Source: Pseudovirgaria hyperparasitica
Taxonomy: Eukaryota
Length of the DNA stretch: 64,000 nt
Assembly: GCA_010093815.1 (NCBI GenBank)
Contig: ML996584.1
Reading direction: 5' to 3' (one strand)
Shown: one piece after another, positions 12,288-25,124 of the stretch
Position numbering within the stretch: position 1 is the stretch's first letter
How the letters are laid out: the number at the start of each line of letters is the position of its first letter
The notes under the pieces: generated by a model
Seen by the model: only the letters and a program-made list of their open reading frames with translations
What the model was told of the DNA's origin: nothing
Databases searched by the model: none
Position numbers and translations under genes: made by a program

Positions 12288-14510
12288 ATGCGCCTCCTCA
12301 ACACAACCACCCTCAAAGTCCAAGAATTCCTCCCCGGCCGCTTCGGCACCGGCACTAGGAATATGACCACTAATACTATCACCGCTACCACCAATACCAA
12401 TACCATCCATACTATCGCATACATGGAGCCCCACGGCCGCAGACGAGGTCAGTCTCGCTGATGTGATGGTACATTATAGCGATGATGATGATGATGGTAA
12501 TGGTGGTGGTAATGATGATGAAGATGATGCTGGAGATGGGCGAAAAGGTGTGCTGAGGGCGAAGAAGAGTGGAGTTGAAAAGCTGCGGTTTTGTGCGGCG
12601 CAGGCGCGTGCGGATGGGTTGGAGTGGGTTTGGATTGATACGTGCTGGTAAGTGTGTGATTGTGTGATTGTGTGGGTGCGTGCCTGGATGTTGGGGAGGG
12701 CGGGGAAAAGGGGTGAAGGTGAGAGTATCGTGGGGTTGGAGAGATTAGTAGAGGGGCTGGGATGTTGCTTATGGTATTTCTGCAGGCTGCAGGACTGGAA
12801 GGGTGGATAATTATACTCCTCTTGTTTGATCTGTGTAGAGCCGATAAGCTCTCCAGAATTAGTATTCACAGGACTATAACATTGTTATAGCGAAAATTTA
12901 GGGTAGCATAGCATAGCAGCATAGTGGAGTTGCCGGAAAGTTGGGGAGAAACTGTACGTCGGGCTGACATCCACCACAGCATCGACAAATCAAGCAGCGC
13001 CGAGCTGGCTGAGGCCATCAATTCGATGTACGCATGGTATGCCCGCGCAGAGAAGTGCTATGTATACCTGACCGACGTCACGGATGCAGCCCACCTCTCA
13101 AGCAGTCGCTGGTTCACCCGCGGCTGGACGCTCCAAGAACTTCTCGCTCCTCGCACTGTCCAGTTCTTCACTGCGTCTGGCAGTATGATCGGCAGCAGAG
13201 AGACTATTGTCGAGCAAATACACAAAATCACAGGTATTTCTCCCAACGCACTTCGCGGAGTCCCGTTGTCGAGATTCAGCGTCGAGGAGCGCATACGCTG
13301 GGCTGATGGACGCCAAACGGGCCGGGACGAAGATTTGGCGTATTCGCTGCTAGGAATCTTCGACGTCACCATGCCCGTTGTATATGGCGAAGGAGGGAAG
13401 AAGGCAATGCTTCGCCTGCGGAGAGAAATCACGGCAACACATGGCGATGATGTCGAGGAGCATGTGCCCACGGGAATCGACCTACGTAACGCAGTGCGTG
13501 ACGATCGTATAGATCTTGTCCGATCAATCATCAAACGTGGAGTGGCGGTGGATTACGTTCGGCCAGGAGAGAACGCCGAGCCAGTGTTGCGTATCGCAAT
13601 TAGAAGTAATTCTGATCGTATGGTTGGGCTCATACTCGAGGCAGAGCCATTTTTAGACGCGCGCAACCACGAAGGGGTCACAGCTTTGATGCTTGCCACG
13701 CTCCAAGGGAGTCTGAAGAACGTGCGGAAACTGCTTGACGCCGGTTGTCAACCTGATACCCGGTCAACTTCGGCTCGGGAAGTGCTGAATAGTAGTATGG
13801 ATCTTGAGGAGGAGACAAAAAAAATGATCGGGAACAGCACGGCGCTGTTTTTGGCTGCTTTGAACAACCGACCGAGGATCATGGAATTACTTCTCAAAGG
13901 GGGCGCCGCTGTCAATGCTCAAGCCAGCCACGGATTCACTGCGCTACATGCCGCAGTCATCAAAGGGAATGCCGAATGTGTCAGGCTTCTCCTTGACCAC
14001 GGCGCTGATGTGGAGGCGAGAGCTATCGATGATAAGCGCGCTCTTCATTACTGTTGCAGTCATGGATGGATCCCTATCGGTGCAGCTCTTCTGGATGCTG
14101 GCGCATCCATCGAAGCTACGAAACTTGGTGGAATGACTCCATTACTGGAGGCTGGCTGGTGCAACCGGACAGAGATGTGTGAGTTCGTAATCAGCCGCGG
14201 AGCAAACATCAATGCGCAAACTACGTGGGAGGGCTACTACAAGGGATGGACCTGTCTGCACTTAGCTGTTGACAACGACAATCCACGAATGATCCAGATG
14301 CTTCTGCAAAAGGGAGTAGATCATACGATCGAGAACGGCGATGGATGCACGGCAGAGGAAAAGGCGATACGTGAAGGGCATAAAGAAATTGCACGTATCC
14401 TCGCTCCGATGAACTGGCAACATGTTCGGAAAGAAGAGTGTGACCCAATCGATGAAGGTTCGAAGAGTCGTCAATGGCTCGAGAGCATATCGCGAAATGA
14501 ATCCAGATAG
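12288..14510 (+). pseudogene. HET-domain + ankyrin-repeat protein gene with an apparent frameshift near the 5' end
   Basis: MRLLNTTTLKVQEF starts at 12288. ILSHTW..DEV..FCAAQARADGLEWVWIDTC lies in a different frame. Intron 12648-12979 joins to CIDKSSSAELAEAINSMYAWY..SRWFTRGWTLQELLAP..EDLAYSLLGIF..YGEG, followed by ~8 ankyrin repeats (TALMLA, TALFLA, TALHAA, TPLLEA, TCLHLA). Confidence 0.75.
12481..12529 (+). repeat. (GAT)n/(GGT)n trinucleotide low-complexity tract inside the HET domain (DDDDDGNGGGNDDEDD)
   Basis: Seen directly: gatgatgatgatgatggtaatggtggtggtaatgatgatgaagatgat. Confidence 0.85.
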
Positions 14511-16919
14511 TCGTAGATGGAGACAAGATCCAGCCAAGCAATGCTGCCGAGGTATATAGATCTGCTTACGATGCATCAGAGGTATACGGCGAAGTCTTTG
14601 AATAGCAATCAACGTCACGGCTGGTCTACAGAATGCAACGGACGTCAGATCTCTGCTTCCAGACTTTGACGGCGGCATCTATTGATATCGGCCGAGGCAA
14701 CATGATCTAGGTGCACAGAGTAGAATTGACCAGGTCGTCGGGCGTGGTAGGGGTGGTAGGATAGTGAGATGGTGGCGGATGAAGAAAGACAAGCTTTTCT
14801 GCCACGATGTCGTCTAATGACAAGTCAAAGTGTGGGGAAAGAAGGCTGAGCAGGATGGCCGAGGTATGTGGAATGCTGAAGCTTTGGACAGGCGTTTAAG
14901 TCGGGGTTTTTTGTCGACGACAATACTTTGTGGTCAGGGATGCGGACCGAACGGTAGGTATGCTAAGGACAGAATTGCGTTGTGTACGGGTGAGAGTCCA
15001 AGGGCTAGCATAACGATGGCTTCATTCACTGTCAGCCATGATGTATAGCATACTGTCTGTGAGGGATCGCCAGCTCCTCACAACAGTAGGAGTCTAGGCC
15101 ACGAGAGTCGAGAGTTGTCTCTTGGGACGGAATTATTCACAGCCGGGCCGCAGGTAGGGCTCGCCAACGCCCGAACGGGTGGTAAATTCCGGGTTGCGGA
15201 TGCTTTGCAGAATCGGGACATGCCAAGATGTAAAGCAGATCTGACGCCTCCGACTGACAATCCGGTGGCGTACGTGCGTCTTTGCTCCGCAGGCAGCTGG
15301 TGATCCTATCTTTGCCCAGGATTTCTTGCAGCAATTCAGTTGTCATGCCGAGGCACCGCCTTGCAGAGACTCCACGTGCTGCGGCACAGCATCAAAAGTA
15401 CAATGAAAGCCAACATGATGAATATGTTGCGTGAGGACGATGGGTTTGGTTGGAGTTGAAGGTGCCAAAAGGCAGCGTGGTGAACTATTAGTGAAGATTT
15501 AGCAAGAGTTGAAGAGAGGTCCAGTAGTTACTTGAATTGATCGCTAGAAGATAGCGAAACAATGACGATCGTGCCGTAGGTGCGTCGAGATGAAATGAAG
15601 GGGCAAACAGGTGGGAATCTGGGGTAAAACCGGAGAAGTCTGGGGATAGTGGTGGTGGTTGTGATGGTGAATTTGGATTGTGGAGAGTGGAGGGTTCTGG
15701 TGGCGGATGAGGGCGAGTACGATTGGAGCCTTTAAGCTGGGGCTTTTGGCTAGTACTAGTTGGTACTAGCTGGCTGGCTACCTACCTAATTAGTTTAAGG
15801 TAGGCACCTCCTAATTAGAGTTCGGGTCCTGTGCAGCATTCATTTATTCATCCATCCTGAGAACCTGAGGCATCATCAATCAACTGTGTCCGCCTCGACT
15901 GTGTCACTGTGATCCATGTGATGATCCTTTTCACTGTCCTCAATATCCATGCTTGTCAGTGCACATGGCACCGACATTATATGCTTGTATCTATGCTTGT
16001 ATGCCCATGTCACCCCTTATTCATGTCACGTCACTGACATTTTCAGTATCTCAGGCCACGAGATGAGCTTCGAGATGAGACACGTCGAGTCTGGGCTTGG
16101 TTGGGACTCTAGAACTCTGGACTTTTCTGCAGAAACACTATTACATGGAATTGAATGAACGTTGCAGCCGTCTGCCGCCAGCCGGCTGCGTGACTTGCTT
16201 TTCTTTTGTGGCAGCGATCCTTTGGCGTGACTGCGCAAACGGATCATGAATCATGAGGGAGTAATAAAAAACCTGTCGACCGAGGCTCTCACATCGCCAT
16301 CGGAAGCTATAGCAGACTAGTCACTAGACACCAAGAACCTCACTGCGACGGGCTTAGCCACCACAAAGCCAGCCAATCCCATCCTTCGAGACCGGCGTGG
16401 TGTGGCAGTAGTAACTTGTTAGCATTCCTAGTATTCCTAGTTAGAGGCAGCGATGCCCTCGCTAGCCGGCGCAGGGACGTCCAGACTGGGGATCTTTCCC
16501 TGCCCGTTCACTTGTCCAATACTCCAATACAATTCGCGCCTTCTCATTGGTCAGTTGAGCCCCCGTTCCGTGCGCCGAGCATCAAATGCCAAATGCGGGG
16601 AACCCCTTCTCGCACCCGTTTTGTTGCGAAATCACTTGCGCTCCCTCTCATGTATAGTGGAGTGGCAGTACAGAGATGGATTGTCCTGGCTGGGCACTTC
16701 GCTTTGTAGTGTCACTCACTCTAGCACGAGACCGCTGTCCATGCCGAGTCCTAAAGGAGCCGCGGCAGCACTAATTCACTTTTGGCCCTGCTCGTAGTTC
16801 TATTATCTATATGACCTGCCCATAACCTCGTCTGGGAAATTGCCTGTTCCTCTGTTCGTCAACTGCTCCCGCGTGTGCAACAGTCGTCAACAAGCAGCAG
16901 TCCATCCCCCTCCACCAAC

Positions 16920-18778
16920 ATGGCCATCTTCAAGAGCAAGAAGACTGGCACCCAAGACCAGGTCAACTCCGACCGCTCGTCCAACGAACACGATGTCGAG
17001 AAGAAGGTCGTCCCTGGCTACGGCCACGAGCGCGGTGCCCAGGAGATTGAGAACATAGAGGCTGACAATCCCAATGTCCACCAACACGTGAGTCTTCAGA
17101 TCCACCTCACGCCTCACTGCGCCTACTAACATCAATTTGCAGTTCAACTTCAAGCTGTTCATGGGACTTGTCTGCATGTCCTTCCTATGGTGTGGCTCGC
17201 AAATTCCTCTCTACCTTTTCGGTGGTGTCCTGCCACTTCTCTACTCGGATGTCGGTGGCTCCGAGCGATTCACATGGCTAGTTATCGGATACCTCATTCC
17301 CAATGCTGCTCTGTGTCCTTTCGTCGGTGCCCTGTCCGACATGTTCGGTCGTCGCATGGTCGCCATCTTTGGGCAGGTCTGCTTGGTCGTCGGTGCTATC
17401 GTCGTGTCCACTTCCCACACCATGAACACTGCCATTGGTGGCATGGTCATCTCTGGTCTGGGTGCTGGTCTCAACGAGCTCATTGCTCTTGCTGGAACCG
17501 CCGAGATGGTTCCCGTCCAGAAGCGTGGTGCTTACGTTGGTCTCGTCGTCTTCACCATTCTCCCATTCGCTCCATCCGTTCTCTGGGCACAGCTCATCGC
17601 CCAGGCGAGCTCGTGGAGGTACGTCGGTATCCTCGTAGGAAGCTGGAATTTCATCGGTCTCCTCCTTCTCCTCACTTCCTACAGGGATCCAGTCGTGGTC
17701 AAGCGCCCCGCAAAGGAGATTCTTCGCGAAGTCGACTACGTTGGTGGTTTCCTCTCTACCGTCGGTGTTGTGCTCTTCATGATGGGTATGCAGTTTGGCG
17801 CTTCACAATACGAATGGACCAGCGCTCAAGTCTTGGTCCCGTTCCTGCTCGGCGTTGTCTTCATCATCGCCTTTTTCGTGTGGGAAGTGACGTGTAAATA
17901 CCCAATGGCTCCAAAACACATGTTCAGCAAGGACAAGAGGACCATGATTGCCATCTTGATCGTCACTTTCTTCTCCGGTGGCAACTTCTTCGTTGTCCTG
18001 TTGTTCTGGCCTACTCAGATTTACAACGTTTACGGTGAGTAATCTCAGCATTCCCACACCTTTCGAACACAAGCTAATCTCCTCTGCAGGTGATGACCCA
18101 CTCGGCGTCGGTATTCGTTCCCTTCCAATCGGTTTCGGTATCATCGGCGGTGCCGCCATCGGTCTCGTTCTCCTATCCGTCACCAAGGGCCGCAGCACCG
18201 TAACCATGATCATCTCCTGTGCCATCATGACTGCCGGAACCGGTGCCGTCTCCATCTCCCGCCCGGACAATCTGATGACCACCTACGGCGTAGTCACACT
18301 CGCCTCTCTCGGCGTCGGCGCCGTCATTATCCCCTGCTCCATCATCGCCCAAATCGTCTGCCCGCCCGAGCTCATCGGCACCATCACCGCCATTACCCTC
18401 TCCATCCGCTACATCGGCGGCGCTATCGGTTTCTCCGCCTACTACAATGTCTTCTACTCGAAGCTCTTCAACTACGCCACCGTGGACGTTGGCCCCCAGG
18501 TCGTCATCAACCGCATCTCGTACGACTACCCTACCCTCGAGACTATGATCACCATGGCCGCCTACGCCCGATGGCGCGAGTTGCGCGAGTTCATCATGAC
18601 CGCGCCCAACGTCAACATTCGCGATTACGACTTCGTCCACGGCGTCATCGTACCCCCGCTCCAGGAGTCCTTTGCTCTCGCTTACCGTTACCCGTACTGG
18701 ATGTCCATAGCGTTTGGCGGCATCTGCCTCATTTCTTCGCTCTTCCTGCGCGACGTCAGCAAGTACTACAAGTTTTAG
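16920..18778 (+). CDS. MFS efflux transporter, TRI12 (fungal trichothecene efflux pump)-like
   Basis: Introns ~17088-17142 and ~18035-18089. MFS motif A (GALSDMFGRR), GAGLNEL..LAGTAEMVP..KRG, EVDYVGG; ~14 TM helices. Confidence 0.88.
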
Positions 18779-20014
18779 ACACTTGATTTCTGTGAGTCGG
18801 AATGGGGTTTGATACCAAGATGGGAGGAGTGGGAGGAAGGCAGTGGTGGAAGTAGAACATTGGAAGACACGACGTGACGAGTCACGAGAGAGTAAAACAA
18901 ACCTCAGGCATCGCGCCTTTCCCCTAACGATGGGAACGCGCATTCATTTACAAGCGCCACAGCTAGAAAGTTGCTCTTCCGTTGAAAATCCTCATCAGAG
19001 CAGATGTACATATAATCGATGCAGAAGTGAAATAATAATGCTTCTAAACCTACTTGCCTTCATGCCTTGTGCGTCGTCGTTGTCGTCGGTACTCGTGAAC
19101 GAAATGCGTTCCCCCTCCACCCTCCCCCCAAACCTGTCAGTATAGTGTAGGGATCAAAGAACCAAAACGAGAATGCATGCTTGCATGCTGTTAATACGCC
19201 TGGGAGAATGTTAATAACAAGTTATCCAGACTTCAACGTGGCATATCTCGTACACGATGTATCAAAGTAGTAGTCTCTCTTTCTTACTCTTCATTATGAA
19301 AGAAACTTGTTCCCTTTTATTAGCTAGATCTTACAATTAGATCTCCTTTATTGTAGATGATATAACATATACTGGAGGATGTCAAGTCATGAGTGAATAA
19401 TAAAGATAGTTTTGGTACGTTGAAATATACTTGATTCTAGTCCCGCTGATAGAATCTTCGTAAGCCCTAGTCATCGCTGGCACATTCCAAAGTCTGTTCT
19501 TATAATAAATCAGGTTTTCTGCTTGTACAGAGAGCGTCCATATCATCATATAGTAGACACGAATTTACCAGGGCATGGCATTTTTTGTGATAGACTGGTA
19601 TATTCTCGCAGGATATCGTACTGATGCCTCCACAGCGTAGACGGTTCTTGAACATGCACGTGCACACAGTGTAACATTCTTCACGTTGAAGGTTTGGCTT
19701 GTCCAATAGAATCACCGAGTAGGACAAAGAGGCAGCAAACAAAGTCAGAATCGTTAAGCCTGTCCCTGCACCCCACTGTGGCGAAGAGACCCGGCGTCCT
19801 TGATTTGAGGCTTCATGCCTCGATGTAGCTTGAGAACACATATAAGTGCACCTACATCGGTCTTTCAGGAACGAGAAAACAATCTGTCATCAACAACGGC
19901 TCCAAGAAAGATACTAGAGCTGATCCCGGCTCACAGTCCTGCATACTCGACCACGCTCATACTGAAATCGCAATCTCACGCCCCGACAAGATCTCGAAGT
20001 CCACCTCCACTTGT

Positions 20015-20713
20015 ATGTCAGACATGACAGGGTCAAATGATATGACGGACACGGACGCGAGCAAGAAAGAAACTCGGTTCATCTTGTTCATGCAAGTGCG
20101 AGACATGAAAGAAACATATAGCAAGCGTCACCTCATGATGGAACGGAGAAACCGTGAACCCATGTCAGATATAACAAATTACCACGCAGTCTATCTCCGC
20201 CCGACCTACGACTTCAGAAAGATATTCGATGAACGGGCAGACAGACAGGTGCTGGTATCAGCTGCGATCGGGTATCCGGAGATGACGGAGGGTGCCATGC
20301 AGGACGTTGATCAAGAACAACTTTATGACGTATTTCTCTTCTACAGAGACATGGAAGGCACGGAGCAGCCCTCAAGCGATACGCTTTACCATATGCATCA
20401 TATTACGATGATGTATAAAAGCCTCGCCGCCTTGCGCAATCTGCACACCAAACCTGAGGAGCAGGCTAATGCTACAGTGGTGAATCAACGCAAATACACG
20501 ACTACTCCAAGATACAGCGACTACGACGCGCAGTTCCCATACGAGCTATCCGGCTTTGAGCTCAGGACAACCTACGTCGATGTCGAAAAGAACGAACAAG
20601 ATGTAAGATGGTGGGCTAGTGCGGATGGCTTCCCGTATAACACCCAGTTCGAAGCTGACTTAGTCGAAATGCTGCTCACCCAGGTTAGAGCTGTGTGTTT
20701 CCGAGTCACTTAA
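20015..20713 (+). CDS. Hypothetical intronless protein (232 aa), no recognised domain
   Basis: Clean ATG-initiated ORF with globular composition; TATA-like CATATAAG near 19839; AT-richer flanks. Confidence 0.55.
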   Translation: MSDMTGSNDMTDTDASKKETRFILFMQVRDMKETYSKRHLMMERRNREPMSDITNYHAVYLRPTYDFRKIFDERADRQVLVSAAIGYPEMTEGAMQDVDQEQLYDVFLFYRDMEGTEQPSSDTLYHMHHITMMYKSLAALRNLHTKPEEQANATVVNQRKYTTTPRYSDYDAQFPYELSGFELRTTYVDVEKNEQDVRWWASADGFPYNTQFEADLVEMLLTQVRAVCFRVT

Positions 20714-21743
20714 ATCTACTTCGAGGGTAAGAACGATGCTACCTATAGGGTACCGGGGTGACCAGAGGTCCCAGAGGTTCCACTATCCAACAAAAAAAAA
20801 CCCTCAAACGTTTAGCACAGTATAGTGATCGTCAATCTTCAATAGAAGACATAACGACGTCTATGTCATTGTTATCGATTTCTTCATCATGATCATGACT
20901 CACGGTTTAGATGGATAATGTAATGAGCTAGCTGTCTTGACGAATATCTCGAAATTTGAAGGTATATCTACACTTATGCTAATTTGTCGCAAAAACAAAG
21001 TCCATAGGATATGCGACAGGGCTGTGATATATGTCAATGCCAATGTCAAACATCAATTAATGACAAAATCTGTGCTAGAGGCACATGTGCACAAAGCCAT
21101 GGAAACGAATATCGTGTCCTTTATTGACACTGTTCAATACCTCGACCCTATAAGTCGTCACCAGCTTCTTTCCGTTCCAAGAACAAGTTCCTATTCCAGT
21201 CCCTCCACCGCATCCCAAAACCAGAAACTCCTTTCCCTAAGATGTCAAGTAAGCATATTGTATCCGCAACAGTATTTCATTATATCCTTTCATATCAGCA
21301 ACTTCATTGAGGCTGGCTGTATGCTGAACGTTCTTGAGATAATTGCAATTATCAGCGCTATCATTACTGGTTAGAATGAGAGGAAAGAGTGTAAGCTTGG
21401 CTTATACCCCTGGTTTTATACGTCCCACCTGCTCCACCTTCTCCCTCTGAGCATGAATAGTACATGCGTGTGTGGGTGGCAGACGTATTTCTCGAGTGGA
21501 GGGGGTAGGATAAGTGATATCAAGAGAGGATAATGGGACTAAGATGGGTGCGTGAGAGATTATATAGTGGGCTTACGTACCGAACTGGTATTCCGTACCG
21601 CAGTCAAATACTCAGAGTTCGGATCTGTAGCGTGACTGTCCTAACACTGGCCCTGATAAAGTTGAGGGGCGAAAAACATGAGGAGCATAGTGCTAATGTA
21701 CTTTATTACCACATAATGCTAGAGTCATACTGCCTATCCCAGC

Positions 21744-24291
21744 CTACGAATCCAGCGCGAAACACCGCTCAACACTCTGCTCATTATTGCCCCACCAATT
21801 CGGCATCACAACGACCTTTCCAGAGCTGAAAATCACAAACATCGCCAGCAGAGCAAAGTTGAACCCAGCATCCAGCGCCGCCGCAATCAGAAAATTGTAC
21901 CGCCTCCACGTCTCAAATCGCTTCCGCAAGAAATAACGCATCGAGATATAACCCACGATGAACCGCGAGATATAGCCCGTTGACAGATTGCCATAAAACA
22001 CCGACATACCCGAGCAGAAGATTGTCACGTTCCAAAGCTGTAACTTCAGGAACTTCAGCTGCGGTACATACTTGTGAAGCGACCATATCACAAACGGTGC
22101 TCCCGCGCCAAACAGAAATGCATACGGCGACGGTGAGTACATATGTTGCGCGAACAAACGCTTCGGACCCACGAGCACGTACTGCACGCCATACGTGTAG
22201 TAATTCGCCAGCGCCTGTCCCGTCCACTGATTCAGCGAATCCGTCCGCAGGCCGAGCAGGTAGTCTCGTTTCTCTTTGATGACCCACTGAATGATACCGT
22301 AGTTGATAGGCACGCCAATGAACTCACCGAATATTTGGGAGAAGAAAATGGCACGCGGGCTCACGTGACAGTAATGTCCAATTTTTTGGTCCTGGAGCAT
22401 ATACTGGGCGCGGTACCAGATATCGCCTGCAAGACTGCCATAAGCAGATGCGCCGGCAGGATGGCGGTGGGTCGAACTGGCTTGAATCATGTAGCCATAG
22501 AGGAGCTCATTGAAGGAGCCGATGGGAACTTGGAAGGCGCTAAAGCTGTACAGCCAGCTGAAGGGGACAATCATGAGACCGGTGGTGAACAAGGCGACGA
22601 AGAAGGTCCATATTGGGATGAAGAAATATCCGCAACCCAGAATCGTGATGATTGTGGTGAAAGAGACGAGGAAAAGGACGAGGTACCACCACAGAGGAAC
22701 CTCCTTGTATGCGCGCATGAGAACGTTCAGACGGTCATTGTACGTTTCATTGACAGTCTCTTTGCCTCGAGATTTCGTGCGTTCCCGAATCTTCCCAAGG
22801 GTTGCTTTGATCTGAGGCCAGCCGAAAAGGATCATCCAAGTAAGTGCCGATATGTATGAGGCATAGTCGAAGAAAAGGCTCCAAATTGTCTGCGTGCCCA
22901 TGTAGATAGGTCCTAGTTCCTCGTATGCTGTGACGTTGAAGCGCAAGTCGGGTGTCATGAGTGAATCGACAGGATACCTAGTCCCGTTTTCGAGAAAAAT
23001 GCGATTGGACATCAGACTGTGTTTCCAAGATCCCAAGTTGCCCCATTTCGCAGCTGGGATGAGAATCCAGCAATTCACTACGAATGCCACGGACAAGACA
23101 GCTGTTGTCCAGAAGGGCACGATCATAGGGTTGGTCAAAGTACCAGTCGAGATGTTAGACCAATCTGTGCAAAGTCAAAACGAGATTCTCAACGTATCAG
23201 AATGAGGCTCACCCAACGAGAGGTTCAAGAACCCCATGCCACCGATACCGCCACCAATGAAATTTGCAATCTCATTGTGAGGAGCAACCCAGCAAAGGAA
23301 CGAAAGCGAGCTGAGGAAGGGAAAGACGTACTCTGGCAAGAATTGCCAGAAGAATACAGCTACAAAAGCGCCAAAGAAGACGTACTTCTGCTTCCTCGCG
23401 ATCCAAGAGTCTGTGGACGACTTCCGCAGAGTTTCGAAAACAGACGTCTGCATGAGGGAGTACGGCCACACATAGATGGGATCGTACAGAAGTAATTGAC
23501 GAACCAAAGCGGCCATCGCGTACCCAAGGAACACGATTGCCCACATGAAGAAGATGCAGGCAGCGGCAGGAATCTTCGTGTCAAAATAAAGCTGTGCGAG
23601 AGATATTGTTGACCATGCAGCATTCGAGGTCGCCCCAGAAGCGGCAGTCACTGTCACGAGTACATGCTCTGAATAGATTATTTAGCTCTTGTTGAAAGGT
23701 GGTATGATGATGTGGCCTACCTTTAGGACTCCAAGGGCCTGGATTCAGGTTGAAGCTCCATTTAGTACCAGGAACACGGATTTCCCATGCTGGGAGGACT
23801 TTTGCCAGCCACAAGCCACAGTAATGGGACGCTATTATAAATTGTCAATTGAGGTTCAAATTCGGTATGCGCCATCACTCACCAATTTGCACAAAGAGCA
23901 CAGGGTATGCGGAGGATGTAGTACGATAGAGGCCCATCTGGTAGAGGACGGCTCCTGGGGCGACAAAGAAAAACGCAAGAACAAAATACCGGAATGTGAT
24001 TGTAGGCAGTGTTGGATCATCCTCGAGAGACACAATTTTTCGAACGATGAGAGGGATCTCTTTGATATCGTCAGGCAAGTCTTCCTCGCTATCGTCCGGG
24101 TCTATCGCAGGACTGGTTTTCTTCTCGTCGGAATCACTGGCACCAGAATTCCCTCTCACACCAATCTCAGCGTCGTATTTCTCGTTCCGCTTCACGATTG
24201 ACGGACTAGGATCGAGTGAGCCATCGTTCTGGCTGCTGCTTGTTACCGGTGCAGCACGCTTCCGGATAAAGCGACTGAGCACGCTGGCCAT
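21744..24291 (-). CDS. OPT-family oligopeptide transporter
   Basis: Multi-exon. Motifs EDDPTLPTITFR, LNPGPWSPK, LPEYVFPFLSS, GIGGMGFLNLSL, LMRAYKEVPLWWY, DQKIGHY, AALDAG, MPNWWGN. Confidence 0.92.
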
Positions 24292-25124
24292 GATGTGCCA
24301 CCCACTCTGGACGAATTTGAAGTATGCAAAGCAGACGGCTGAGCTCGCGACCTCTGGTCAAAGTAGATATAATATATATTATGCCACTACAAGATAAGCT
24401 AAGCTTGCTTGACAAGCCCACGACGGAGCTTAAATCGGATACACAAGGCGTGGCGTATGTTGGCGATGCTTATCAACGGCGACCGACCCACAGCAAAATG
24501 TGATAGAAATGGATCTGCAGACTACACAACTGCAGACCCTGGGAATTGCGCGACTACGTGAGCGACTCGCGTGCGTAACATGAGGAGTAGAGATTTGCTC
24601 CTCCTTCCTTTTCGGGAGTCTTGAAGAAAAGTCTGCAGCAGAGACATTCACCGTGACGGCGAGGCGTAGCAGTGGAACAAAAAGCACGCCATCGTGACTA
24701 TCGCGAGTTGGGAAGAATGGATGGATCCGCAACATGTTACCTTGCTTTCGTCGCTCTATGGCCAAATCGTGGCTAGGGCAGCGATGATCACCCATCAAGA
24801 GCGGGGCTGCATCCATCACCCGGTCCAACTTCGTATCTAGCAGCAAGTGGGTAGCAACATCTGTGCAAGTACAACATCCCGCTGATGACTTGTGTCGTGT
24901 AGCTGAACCTGGGTATATTACATCTGAGCTTTATTCCGTTCAATGTGCTCAGGGTGCAAAAAACCAGGAAGATTAAGGATGACATGCAATGATGTGCTGT
25001 AGCCACCAGCTTCAAGATGAACTCGGCCGGAATTGAAAACTTCTTACGAATCGCCACAAGTGCTTACCCAACAAGATCAAACCAATGATTCAGATGATGG
25101 ATCATTATACGGGTGAAGCGAAGA

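Noticed and set aside
18173..18943. 256-aa antisense ORF over the MFS gene
   Set aside because: Shadow ORF caused by strong C-ending codon bias of the sense gene.
19200..19500. AT/TpA-rich patch as a RIP-decayed transposon
   Set aside because: No terminal repeats, target-site duplication or transposase remnants visible; a RIP index could not be computed.
20937..21374. 145-aa ORF
   Set aside because: Non-ATG start, AT-rich, no motifs.
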